From Alphaproteobacteria bacterium (GTDB taxonomy: Bacteria; Pseudomonadota; Alphaproteobacteria; GCA-2731375), in assembly GCA_965232515.1 (NCBI GenBank), contig CBDDPY010000002.1, positions 6,976,001 through 7,040,000 on the forward strand: a stretch of 64,000 bases of DNA, in the 5' to 3' direction. Shown piece by piece: positions 17,808 to 27,080 of the stretch (the first letter of the stretch is position 1; each line of letters begins with the position of its first letter). A model generated the notes under the pieces. The model saw nothing but the letters and a program-made list of their open reading frames with translations. It had not been told where the DNA came from and made no database searches. The translations under genes and the position numbers were made by a program.

Positions 17808-18746
17808 ATGACACGCAACAAGAAACCACGCCGGGACGTGGCGCAAGAGATCACCGACCGTATCGTCAAGGCTCTCGAAGCCGGGACGCCACCCTGGAAG
17901 AAGCCGTGGGCGAACGGCCTTGGCGGCCTTCAGCCGCTGCGCAACACCGGCGCTCCCTACACCGGCATGAACGTTCTTATCCTCTGGGACCGTGCAAGCC
18001 AAATGGGCTTCGAGAACCCTCGTTGGATGACGTTTCGCCAGGCCCTGGAGCTGGGCGGACATGTACGCAAGGGTGAAAAGTCCGTATCCGTTATTTATTA
18101 CGGCAAGACGACGAAAACGCTCGAAGACGACAAGGGTGAAGAGGTCGACGAGACAATCCGCTTCCTCAAGTGCTACCCGGTTTTCAATGTCGAACAGATC
18201 GACGAACTGCCGGCGCATTTCTATCAGCATCAGCGATCAGATATCGAAAAGACGCCGCCGCCATCGGAACGCGAGGCTTTCTTTGTCCGTATCGGCGCCG
18301 ACGTGCGCCATGGCGGCGACCGCGCTTTCTATCGCCGGTCGGAAGACTTCATCCAGATGCCGCCCTACGGTGCGTTCGACGATCCGGAATGCTATTTCGC
18401 GACCCGAGCGCACGAGACGATTCACTGGTCCGGCGCGTCCCATCGCCTTGATCGAACCAAGGGAAAAACCTTCGGCGATCCGCAATACGCCTTCGAGGAA
18501 TTGGTCGCCGAAATCGGCTCGGCCATTCTTGGCGCTGCAATCGGCCTGCGGCCCGATCATATCGATGATCACGCGGCTTATGTGGGCTCCTGGCTCAAGG
18601 CGCTCAAGAACGACAAGCGCTTCATTCTGAAAGCGGCGGCAGACGCGCAGAAGGCCGCCGATTTCGTTCTAGCCCGCGCCGGACGCGGGGCCTCCAACAA
18701 CGATCAAGCCGACGCCAGCGAGAGCGGCGTCTGCTCTGCTGCGTAG
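17808..18746 (+). CDS. ardC: ArdC-family ssDNA-binding antirestriction protein (DUF1738 + zincin-like domain)
   Basis: PWKKPW, Y.GMNV..LW, WMTFRQA..LGG.VRKGEK, VFNVEQ, HETIHWSG, YAFEELVAE, AAYV.SWL. Confidence 0.9.
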   Translation: MTRNKKPRRDVAQEITDRIVKALEAGTPPWKKPWANGLGGLQPLRNTGAPYTGMNVLILWDRASQMGFENPRWMTFRQALELGGHVRKGEKSVSVIYYGKTTKTLEDDKGEEVDETIRFLKCYPVFNVEQIDELPAHFYQHQRSDIEKTPPPSEREAFFVRIGADVRHGGDRAFYRRSEDFIQMPPYGAFDDPECYFATRAHETIHWSGASHRLDRTKGKTFGDPQYAFEELVAEIGSAILGAAIGLRPDHIDDHAAYVGSWLKALKNDKRFILKAAADAQKAADFVLARAGRGASNNDQADASESGVCSAA

Positions 18747-18756
18747 GGAGGCCATT

Positions 18757-19377
18757 ATGGGTTGGACTTACACCTCCGATTATCGGGGCGGTGGCATCCG
18801 CGCCTATTTGGATCGCCAGTTCGCGAGCGAGAATGACGCCGGCAAGTGGGAGATCCTCGACAGCGCCCTGGTTCAGATGCGCCGGTACTACGCCGCCATG
18901 CGATGGACGAATAAGAAGCGCAACGAAGTTCGCACGCTCGCGATTGTCTGTCTCGTCAACTATGTGCCTCGTGCACGAGACGGCTACACGCTGGGCTGGA
19001 AAGACATGTCCGAAGACATGGGGCCGGTTGCCACGGATTGCCCGTTGCGCATCCTCGAACAACTCGACCCGCCTCCAAACGACCATGCCCGTAAATGGCG
19101 CGAAGACGTTGGCGCCTATCACGCCAACCGCCGTGCGCGACCCAAGGTCGGCGACGTCATTCGTTTGGCGACGCCGATGACGTTTACGGACGGATCTGTC
19201 GAGAGCCGTTTCCGGGCTGAACGATACCGCAAACGAGGCGTCGCCTATCGTGGCCTCACAACGGGCGGACTCTACTGGATTTCGAAAATCGAAACTGTGG
19301 ACTTCGTCATCGAGAATGCGCCGGGTGCTCAGTCGTCCCCGGCGAACGACCCGAAGACGCAAGGGTCGCTTTTCTGA
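18757..19377 (+). CDS. Conserved ICE/plasmid protein (DUF6927-like)
   Basis: MGW start, YYAA, GWKDMSEDMGP...CP.RIL, A.KWR; GGAGG RBS. Confidence 0.7.
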   Translation: MGWTYTSDYRGGGIRAYLDRQFASENDAGKWEILDSALVQMRRYYAAMRWTNKKRNEVRTLAIVCLVNYVPRARDGYTLGWKDMSEDMGPVATDCPLRILEQLDPPPNDHARKWREDVGAYHANRRARPKVGDVIRLATPMTFTDGSVESRFRAERYRKRGVAYRGLTTGGLYWISKIETVDFVIENAPGAQSSPANDPKTQGSLF

Positions 19378-19441
19378 AACGGCCTCCAACCGGGCGCCCG
19401 TTGTCAACATCTACCCTTCTAATCAGGAAAGGAGCTCTGCC

Positions 19442-19648
19442 ATGTCAGACTCACGGATTATTGTCGGCTATTCGATCATCGATGCCGACGGTCACTATCC
19501 GAGCACGCCGGAATACGGGATCGGCTGCCTCGAAGCCGCGCGCCAGGAGGCGCTCGCGCTGAACGAAGACTTCGCGGAGGAACTCGAAGGCGGCGTTTAC
19601 GCCGTCGTCACGCTGTTCGCGGACGGCACCGCGGAACACGTCGCATAA
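19442..19648 (+). CDS. Small acidic hypothetical protein (68 aa)
   Basis: AAAGGAG RBS then ATG 19442; 13 D/E versus 2 R and no K. Confidence 0.65.
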   Translation: MSDSRIIVGYSIIDADGHYPSTPEYGIGCLEAARQEALALNEDFAEELEGGVYAVVTLFADGTAEHVA

Positions 19649-19691
19649 CGGCCGGCAGCCGCGCCAAGCCCAACCTCCGCGTGGTCCTTGA

Positions 19692-19804
19692 ACCCGCACC
19701 GTGCTCCTGCATCACAAAAGAGAAAGCCAGCTTTCCGGGCGGGCGTAGGCCCGCCGCTGGAAAAGAAAGCGGGTCATCACGTCCTTTCGACAGGAGAAAG
19801 ACCC
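19692..19804 (+). repeat. Structured leader element, divergent copy 3
   Basis: ACCCGC...AAAAGAGAAAG-CCAGC...GGCGGGC-GTAG-GCCCGCC-GCTGG-AAAAGAAA-GCGGGT...AGGAG..ATG. Confidence 0.65.
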
Positions 19805-19872
19805 ATGAACGAACTTCGATCCCAGGCCGCACGTTCCCCGCGGCTCTTTGTTACGTCCGAGGAGAACTCATC

Positions 19873-20127
19873 ATGATGCGTTGTCCTCATTGCGGCTCGC
19901 ACGACTTGCGTGTCAGTGCGGAAATCACCTGCACCGTCGTCCAGAAGACATCACCAAACGGCAATGTTTATGACGCCCTCGAAGTATTGCAGGGAAGCGA
20001 ACCCTATTGGGATCGCGACACTTTCACGTCCTGCGCCGATTGTTGTCACGACGGCGAAGCCAAGGATTTCGAATTGTTGTCATCGACACATCCGCCGCAA
20101 ACGGAGACCTGTCATGAACATCGTTGA
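19873..20127 (+). CDS. Small zinc-ribbon-like hypothetical protein (84 aa)
   Basis: GAGGAG RBS; CPHCGS ... CADC motifs. Confidence 0.6.
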   Translation: MMRCPHCGSHDLRVSAEITCTVVQKTSPNGNVYDALEVLQGSEPYWDRDTFTSCADCCHDGEAKDFELLSSTHPPQTETCHEHR

Positions 20128-20449
20128 TCCGAAGGCTGACCCGTCGCCCAAGTTCGAGTCGGGCGGATCGGACATTGATGCTCTTGAAGTTGCGCCCATG
20201 CGCGATCTCTCGCAACACGTCGGCGATCTGAACAAAGAGATCGTCACGATACGTCCAGTCAGACCCGGTGAGATGCCAGATCTGTGGACCGTGATCGCAC
20301 GCCGTCACGGCGGACGCGGTGACATACTCGCTGATCAGCCGAGCCGTAGAGCTGCCTTCGCACTCGCACGCCGGTTGCGCCGCAAGCTTGTACAAGCCGA
20401 ACAGGCCGCCGGCTTGCCACCACGGTCGCGTCAAATCGTCGAACGCTAA
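20114..20449 (+). CDS. Hypothetical protein
   Basis: GGAG RBS, ATG 20114 overlapping the upstream ORF. Confidence 0.5.
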   Translation: MNIVDPKADPSPKFESGGSDIDALEVAPMRDLSQHVGDLNKEIVTIRPVRPGEMPDLWTVIARRHGGRGDILADQPSRRAAFALARRLRRKLVQAEQAAGLPPRSRQIVER

Positions 20450-20585
20450 TCGGCGTTCCAGAGCTTTCGCTCTGCGCTCGCCGCCAGACGCCTAAGCCGC
20501 CCATCTCAACTCACCCCGCGAATACACCGCCTCCGGAAGGCTCCGCAGGCGGTGTTTTCGTTCGTCCAAAACAAGGAGACACCCA

Positions 20586-23500
20586 ATGGATCTTTTCTCG
20601 CCTTCCGAAAACCCGCTCACTGAGTCCGGCGCCGCGACGCCATCGGGCTCGGAACAAACACCACCGCCTCCCGAGCCTCGAATGGAAGCGGCGCGCCTCA
20701 TCGCCTACCGTATTGCCAACGGCCAACGCATTTCCCGCGCCAAACTGCGCGAGGCCATGACCGCCTCCTATGGCGGATCGGACGCCGAAGGCGTCTGGAC
20801 ATGGAAAGACGCGTACGACGCCGCCGAGGTCGCTGAAGGTCGCCATCTGCTGAAAGTCGGCAAAGCGCTCATCGCGGCCGATCCGGCTACGGTCCTGGAA
20901 CGTCTTGAGAGCCTGGCCGCACTACAGCCGCCCAATCGTCACCGTACGGAAGAGAGCCTCGCCCTCCAACAGTTCTCCACGCCGGCGCCCTACGCCTATG
21001 CCGCCTTTCTCGCCGCCGAGGTGCGCGAGAACGACGTTCTTCTGGAGCCCTCGGCCGGCCACGGCGCGCTCGCGATATTCGGCCGCATCGGCGCCGCGCG
21101 TCTTATCCTAAACGAGCTCGACACGGATCGCGCCCGCGCGCTTACGGCTTTGTTCAGGCAGGACGTCCACAGCGAAGACGCCGCCGAGATCGACGATCGC
21201 TTACGTGATCCTACACGCCCCAGCATCGTCCTGATGAATCCGCCATTTTCGAAAAACGTCACCCGCGGTGATCATGCTGGCGAGGCCGCGGCCCATGTCT
21301 GGAGCGCCTATAAGCGTCTCGCGGCTGGAGGACGACTCGTTGCGATCACCCAACACGGATTGGTCCCCGACGCATCGACTCACGCACGTTTCTGGCAGCG
21401 TCTCTTCGAAGCCGGACGCCTGCGGCTCGCGGCTGGTCTTGATGGCGCGGTCTATGCCCGCAAAGGCGCCAACGTTTCCACCCGTCTACTGGTGATCGAC
21501 AAGCTCGCCAATGATGACACCGGCGGCGCCGATCCAAATGCGGTCTGCGAGGCGGGAACGCTTGATGGCCTTCTCCAAAAGATCGCTTCGCTGCCCCCAC
21601 GCTCAGGCGCTGTCAAGGCCGCACCGCGTCGTATCGATCGCAAGCCGCCAAGGGCGATCAAGGGTTCAACGGTGGCGCCCATCATTCGCAGTGTCTCCCG
21701 CCAGGGCGAAGAGATCGTCTACGAGATCATCGACAGCTCAGAAACCGTCCAAGCTCAAACCGACGCTTCGGGCATCTATGAGTCTTATCGCGTTGCGCGA
21801 ATTCGCATCCCTGACGCCAAAGGCCACCCCACGCCGCTGACCCAATCGACGGCGCTTGCATCGATCGCGCCGCCCGCGCCGTCCTACCGCCCACATTTGC
21901 CCAAGCTGCTTGTGACAGACGGCGTTCTGTCGAACGCCCAGCTCGAGAGCATCATCTATGCCGGCGACGCCCATAGCCGGTTCATGGACGCCGCATTTCT
22001 CCGCGATCCGGAAACCGGCGACGTCGTTGAAATCCACGCAGATGAACCAAACGCCTTCCGCCTGCGGATGGGCTATTTCATCGGCGACGGCACCGGTTGC
22101 GGCAAGGGCCGCCAGGTCGCTGGGATAATCATGGACAATTGGATCAAGGGCCGCCGCAAGGCGGTTTGGATATCCAAGTCTGACAAGCTGAAAGAAGATG
22201 CTATTCGCGACTGGACGGCGCTTTGCGGCGGCGCGAACGAGATTATTCCGCAATCACGCTACAAGCTTGGACGGCGCATCAGCGCCTATGAGGGCGTCCT
22301 TTTCACCACCTTCGCCACCCTGCGCGGATCGGGGCGCGACGGTAAGGCATCGCGTCTCGATCAGCTTCTTGAATGGCTCGGGGAAGATTTCGACGGCGTG
22401 GTTGCCTTCGACGAGGCGCACGCGATGCAGAACGCCGCCGCCGTAAAGAGCGACCGGGGCTTAAAGGCCGCGTCGCAACAGGGCCGCGCAGGGGTCGATC
22501 TGCAACTGCGCGCTCCCGGCGCCCGTATCGTCTATGCCAGCGCCACGGGCGCGTCGGCCGTGGAGAACCTAGCCTATGCGGAACGGCTCGGGCTTTGGCG
22601 CGGCGCGGACGCCCCGTTCAAGTCGCGCGAGCATTTCATCAGTGAGATGAATAAGGGTGGTGTCGCCGCCATGGAGATGGTCTGCCGCGATCTTAAGGCC
22701 ATGGGCCTCTACTGCGCCCGCAACCTTTCTTTCGACGGGGTCGAATACGCTTTTCTCGATCACACGCTTACGCCGCAGCAAATCGAAATCTACGATTCTT
22801 ATGCGGACGCGTTCAAAATCATCCATCACAATCTCGAAGCCGCTCTTGAGGCGATGAACGTCGTCGATGAAGACGGCACCAGGAACCGCAATGCCGTGTC
22901 AGCGGCCCGCTCGGCGTTCGAGTCCACCAAGCAGCGCTTCTTCAACCATCTTCTCACGGCGATGAAGGTCCCGACGCTGATCAAGGCGATCAGGACGGAT
23001 ATGGAGGAAGATCGCGCCTCTGTCATCCAAATCGTATCCACCGGCGAAGCCGTGATGGACCGCCGCCTGGCGGAGATTTCGGGGACCGACCTGCGCGAAG
23101 GCAATTTTGATCTGACACCGCGCGAAGCGGTGATGGACTATCTCGTCAATTCGTTCCCGACGCAGCTTTTCCGCATCGTGCGTAAGGAGGACGGTTCGGA
23201 AGTCGCCGAGCCCGTTTTCGACGAGACTGGCGCGCCGGTTCAGAGCCAAGAAGCTTTGGAACGCCGCGAGGCGATGATCGAACGGCTCGGCGTCTTGCCT
23301 CCGGTGACATCGGCGCTCGACCAGATTATCTGGACGTTCGGTCCGGAAGCTGTCGCCGAGATCACCGGACGCCGCCGGCGGGTCGTCCGTCACAAGGACC
23401 TGGGCAGCGAACGGGTCGAGATCGAGAACCGTCCGGCTTCTGTCAATATCGCCGAGACCAACGCTTTCATGGACGGCGCCAAGCGCATCCTGATCTTTAG

Positions 23501-24926
23501 TGAGGCGGGCGGTACGGGGCGGTCCTATCACGCCGATCTCGATCGGCGGAACCGGCGACGGCGCTGCCACTATCTTCTTGAGGCCGGCTGGAAGGCGGAC
23601 GCCGCCATCCAGGGGCTGGGACGCTCGCACCGGACCCGTCAAGCCTTGGCGCCCTTGTTCCGTCCGGTCGCCGCGAACGTGAAAGGCGAGAAGCGCTTCT
23701 TGTCGACCATCGCCCGGCGCCTCGATGCCCTTGGCGCCTTGACCAAGGGCGAACGACAGACCGGCGGCCAAGGACTCTTTCGCGCCGAAGACAACTTGGA
23801 AAGTAACGAAGCACGCGATGCCTTGCGCATCTTCTTCCGGCGCATCGCCCATGAACCCCAGGGCGGCATCAGCCTTGCCCAGTTCGAGGATATGACCGGG
23901 CTCATTCTTCTCGACAGGGACGGCACGTTGAAAGAGAATCTGCCGCCCATCCGCCGTTTCCTGAATCGTCTCCTGGCATTACCGATCAGCGTACAGAATA
24001 CGCTGTTCAGCGTTTTCGAAGAGATCGTCGAGACGCGGCTCGAGGCGGCGCGTTTGGCCGGTACGCTCGATGTCGGTGCGGAAACGATCACGGCTGACTC
24101 CCTGAAACTGATCGATGCCCATGTCTTGCGCATCGATCCCAAGACCAAGGCCGAAACACGCCTGCTACGGATTGCTCGGCGCACGCGAAGCCGGCCGCTC
24201 ACTCTGGAAACGCTTCACGAGGTGCACAACGCAAGCGAAGGCGAATACGTCGTAAACGAGCGCTCCGGTCGCGCCGCCTTCGTTCGTCCGACAACAGCGC
24301 TCACCGACGAGAATACCGGCGCCGTCCTGTCGCGTGTCGAGCTGATCCGCCCCAACGAACGCCAGAAGATGCTCACGCAAGAGTTCGAGGAAACAGCCTG
24401 GACGTCAGCCCGCTGTCCAGATTTCGAACGCATCTGGCGCAAGGAGGTTGCGGCCACGCCTGAGTTCAGCAGCGATGAGTTCGGCCTCGTCGTCGGCCTG
24501 ATCATGCCCCTTTGGTCGCTGCTCGCGGCCAAGCGTCCGATTGTCTATCGGCTGACCGATGATGACGGCGCATCTCATCTCGGGCGCTATATCGCGCCTG
24601 CCATGATCGCACCGCTGCTTGAAGCTTGCGGCGTTGACGGCGGTCCCGTCCGCCTGACGGTTACCGACGCGCTGGCGGCCCTTGATCGCGCCGAACGCGT
24701 TCCGCTCAGCGAGAGCGCCTTCATCGCCCCTTGCCGGGTGATGGACCAGAAACGCATCGAGATTCGCGACGCCCCGGCCTCTTGGCTGCCCGGCCTTAAA
24801 GCCTGCGGATGCTTCACCGAGATCATCCAATGGCGGACCCGTGTCTTCGCGCCGATCGGCGATACGCATGTCCTTGATCGCGTGATCGACCGCTTTGGAC
24901 CAGGTCTCGCTTCCGAAGCGGCCTGA
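20586..24926 (+). CDS. Fused adenine methyltransferase / strawberry-notch SF2 helicase
   Basis: QQFSTP, LEPSAG.G, MNPPF (MTase); GDGTGCGKGR, FDEAH, YASAT, GGTGRSYHAD, QGLGRSHRT (helicase); AAGGAG RBS. Confidence 0.9.
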   Translation: MDLFSPSENPLTESGAATPSGSEQTPPPPEPRMEAARLIAYRIANGQRISRAKLREAMTASYGGSDAEGVWTWKDAYDAAEVAEGRHLLKVGKALIAADPATVLERLESLAALQPPNRHRTEESLALQQFSTPAPYAYAAFLAAEVRENDVLLEPSAGHGALAIFGRIGAARLILNELDTDRARALTALFRQDVHSEDAAEIDDRLRDPTRPSIVLMNPPFSKNVTRGDHAGEAAAHVWSAYKRLAAGGRLVAITQHGLVPDASTHARFWQRLFEAGRLRLAAGLDGAVYARKGANVSTRLLVIDKLANDDTGGADPNAVCEAGTLDGLLQKIASLPPRSGAVKAAPRRIDRKPPRAIKGSTVAPIIRSVSRQGEEIVYEIIDSSETVQAQTDASGIYESYRVARIRIPDAKGHPTPLTQSTALASIAPPAPSYRPHLPKLLVTDGVLSNAQLESIIYAGDAHSRFMDAAFLRDPETGDVVEIHADEPNAFRLRMGYFIGDGTGCGKGRQVAGIIMDNWIKGRRKAVWISKSDKLKEDAIRDWTALCGGANEIIPQSRYKLGRRISAYEGVLFTTFATLRGSGRDGKASRLDQLLEWLGEDFDGVVAFDEAHAMQNAAAVKSDRGLKAASQQGRAGVDLQLRAPGARIVYASATGASAVENLAYAERLGLWRGADAPFKSREHFISEMNKGGVAAMEMVCRDLKAMGLYCARNLSFDGVEYAFLDHTLTPQQIEIYDSYADAFKIIHHNLEAALEAMNVVDEDGTRNRNAVSAARSAFESTKQRFFNHLLTAMKVPTLIKAIRTDMEEDRASVIQIVSTGEAVMDRRLAEISGTDLREGNFDLTPREAVMDYLVNSFPTQLFRIVRKEDGSEVAEPVFDETGAPVQSQEALERREAMIERLGVLPPVTSALDQIIWTFGPEAVAEITGRRRRVVRHKDLGSERVEIENRPASVNIAETNAFMDGAKRILIFSEAGGTGRSYHADLDRRNRRRRCHYLLEAGWKADAAIQGLGRSHRTRQALAPLFRPVAANVKGEKRFLSTIARRLDALGALTKGERQTGGQGLFRAEDNLESNEARDALRIFFRRIAHEPQGGISLAQFEDMTGLILLDRDGTLKENLPPIRRFLNRLLALPISVQNTLFSVFEEIVETRLEAARLAGTLDVGAETITADSLKLIDAHVLRIDPKTKAETRLLRIARRTRSRPLTLETLHEVHNASEGEYVVNERSGRAAFVRPTTALTDENTGAVLSRVELIRPNERQKMLTQEFEETAWTSARCPDFERIWRKEVAATPEFSSDEFGLVVGLIMPLWSLLAAKRPIVYRLTDDDGASHLGRYIAPAMIAPLLEACGVDGGPVRLTVTDALAALDRAERVPLSESAFIAPCRVMDQKRIEIRDAPASWLPGLKACGCFTEIIQWRTRVFAPIGDTHVLDRVIDRFGPGLASEAA

Positions 24927-25200
24927 TTTGCAACCCGTTTCATCCATAGCACGCTGGCTGTTGGCGGCCCCGGTCGCGCAAGGCGGTCGCTGGGTGTTCT
25001 TCTCCTCGCCCGGCGGCCGCCTCCCTTGGATTCCCCACGCGCCGCTGATCCTTGTGCTGAGCATAAGTTCCGAGGCTGCCTCAACGCGACCGTCGCTCGG
25101 ATCGCCATCAATCGAAGAGCGGCCCCGAGGCTCCGTGACGCCCAACGCCGCGCCCTCGGTCCAGCCCTTGTCTTCTTTCAATTCGAAAGCACGCCCGCGC

Positions 25201-25338
25201 CCCGAGCGAAGGGGCGGGAACCGTGCGGCCGGGCGCCCGCCTGTCAAGCGCTCACGCGCTCGGACTCGCTAAAGCGGTCCGCCCAAAGGGTGACAGCCGG
25301 GCTCCGGTCCCGACCGCAAAGGGGTCCCGCCGCTCGGG
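25201..25338. promoter_or_regulatory. Long nested hairpin upstream of DUF2493 gene (candidate ssDNA promoter)
   Basis: CCCGAGCG/CGCTCGGG, GGCGGGA/TCCCGCC, TGCGG/CCGCA and CTGTCA/TGACAG nested pairs. Confidence 0.55.
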
Positions 25339-25371
25339 AGCGCCGGGCGGCCTCGAACAAGGAGACAAGCC

Positions 25372-26259
25372 ATGGACTCACCGACCGCCCGTGTCTTAGA
25401 CGATCTCGCCCTCTACGGAACCGGCCCCATCCCGATCGAAAACGATCCATTACCGGACGATCACGCATCGGAACGATCCGCCGCCGCGCTCATCATCGCC
25501 CTGCACGAAGCATTCGACGGCACGGCGCTGGAGACCCATACGGAAGACGTCGCCTGGGGTCTCGTCAACGTCTTCCACCGCAAGATCGACCGCCTGGAGC
25601 GCTACTTGGCCGACAACGAAGCCCGTCAGCGGACCCTCATCGATGAACAGGACGGCTCTGAGATCAAATCCGTCGAACTCGAACGCGAAACCGCCAAGGG
25701 CCAGGCGCTGCTGGAGCACATCCGCGCCTTCGAGGACATGCGCACCGCCATGGCGGATGCGTTCCACACGGTCACGGGATCCACCTGGAAGCCTCGGTCA
25801 GGCTCCCGCAAGGCAGCGCCGGGACTCACGTCAGCCATCATCGATGCACGAGATTTCTCGCGCGCGCTCGCGAAGCGCGATCTGGCCGATCATCTTCCCG
25901 AAGGGCCGAAGATCGCCTTCGGCGGCGGCGCCGACTGGCTCGACATCGACGCCATATACCGCGTGCTCGACAAAGTGCATGGCCGCTATCCCGACATGGT
26001 CCTCTGCCACGGCGGGCAGACCCGCGGCGCCGAAGTCGCGGCCGCCGCCTGGGCCGAGGCACGCGGCGTCGCCCAGATCGTGTTCAAGCCCGACTTCGCG
26101 AAGCACGGCAAGGCCGCGCCTTTCAAGCGCAACGACATGATGGTCGCGGCCGGTCTCACGGGGGTCGTGCTCTTCCCCGGAAACGGCATCACGCTCAATC
26201 TCGGCCAGAAAGCCGATCACGCGAGTATCCGCGTCATGCGCTGCGGAGTCGGCCGTTAG
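25372..26259 (+). CDS. DUF2493 / YspA-like SLOG domain protein
   Basis: WGLVNVFHR, TG..W.P..GS, LDKV..RYPDMVL.HGG, AAPFKRND, FPGNGI..NL. Confidence 0.82.
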   Translation: MDSPTARVLDDLALYGTGPIPIENDPLPDDHASERSAAALIIALHEAFDGTALETHTEDVAWGLVNVFHRKIDRLERYLADNEARQRTLIDEQDGSEIKSVELERETAKGQALLEHIRAFEDMRTAMADAFHTVTGSTWKPRSGSRKAAPGLTSAIIDARDFSRALAKRDLADHLPEGPKIAFGGGADWLDIDAIYRVLDKVHGRYPDMVLCHGGQTRGAEVAAAAWAEARGVAQIVFKPDFAKHGKAAPFKRNDMMVAAGLTGVVLFPGNGITLNLGQKADHASIRVMRCGVGR

Positions 26260-26594
26260 GCCGTCTCCATCGCTCCGTTCTCACATCGATCCAAGAGCTG
26301 GTCCTGCGAGCGCAATTGTCTGTTGGCCCCTAAAGCGTCTCATGCCGTCTGTCCACGAATGAACCGTGTCCATTCACCATACACGCATTGTCGGATCCCA
26401 TCACGACCATCAAACAGTCTGAGATGCATAAGACAACTTTGCACTGGACGCGATCCCAACAATTACATGCCGCTTCCAATAGAAAACAGCGATGAGGGTC
26501 CTTTCTCCTACGCTGAATGCGACAATAGGCGCTATATAGTTCGGTTGACACTCGCCGCGGCTATCATGTTCAGATATCGCGGCTGGAGGCGTGA

Positions 26595-26996
26595 TTGAAC
26601 AGACGCGGACATCTTTTGCGATCCTTAGGTTGCCATCTGGCGATCATAGCGTTGTTCGCGCAATTAGTGGCGCCGGTCGCATTCGCATCGCGTCCAGGCC
26701 TCGACGTCGCCGGCTTCCTTTGTATGCCGTTGGGAACGCTGTCCGAAGAGGCGCGTGCCGAAGCCGAAGCTCTATTGTCGGACCTTCTCGGCCACGAGCA
26801 AAACGACAACCGCAACACCTCACACTGTCCATTCTGTGTTCTCGTCCATGGTGTTCCGTTGCCGGAACACTATGCGGCGCCTCTCATCTTTGTCGGACAC
26901 CGGGAAGTAAAGACGCGCTCATTCGAAGCGCCCGTCGTCTACCGCCCGCACGGACCGCCGCTGGGCTTACGCGCACCTCCCTCGATCTCTCTCTAA
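26595..26996 (+). CDS. DUF2946 family protein (CruR/CutF-like), CxxC + C-terminal RAPP
   Basis: Signal/TM segment, FLC, HCPFC, ends GLRAPPSISL; GGAGG before TTG. Confidence 0.8.
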   Translation: MNRRGHLLRSLGCHLAIIALFAQLVAPVAFASRPGLDVAGFLCMPLGTLSEEARAEAEALLSDLLGHEQNDNRNTSHCPFCVLVHGVPLPEHYAAPLIFVGHREVKTRSFEAPVVYRPHGPPLGLRAPPSISL

Positions 26997-27080
26997 ACCG
27001 CTCCATCGCCTTTGCCGTTTGTATCGCGCGTCGAACCGCGACGTTCCATCGCGCGCGACCGAAAGAGAGAAGCCTGTTCC

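Noticed and set aside
24405-25646. Several overlapping long ORFs after the helicase
   Set aside because: Arg/Pro-rich translations typical of GC-rich non-coding or antisense frames; no toprim motifs.
26260-27080. Cobalamin or other riboswitch before the third TonB receptor
   Set aside because: No B12-box or other aptamer core seen; the DUF2946 ORF explains the leader.
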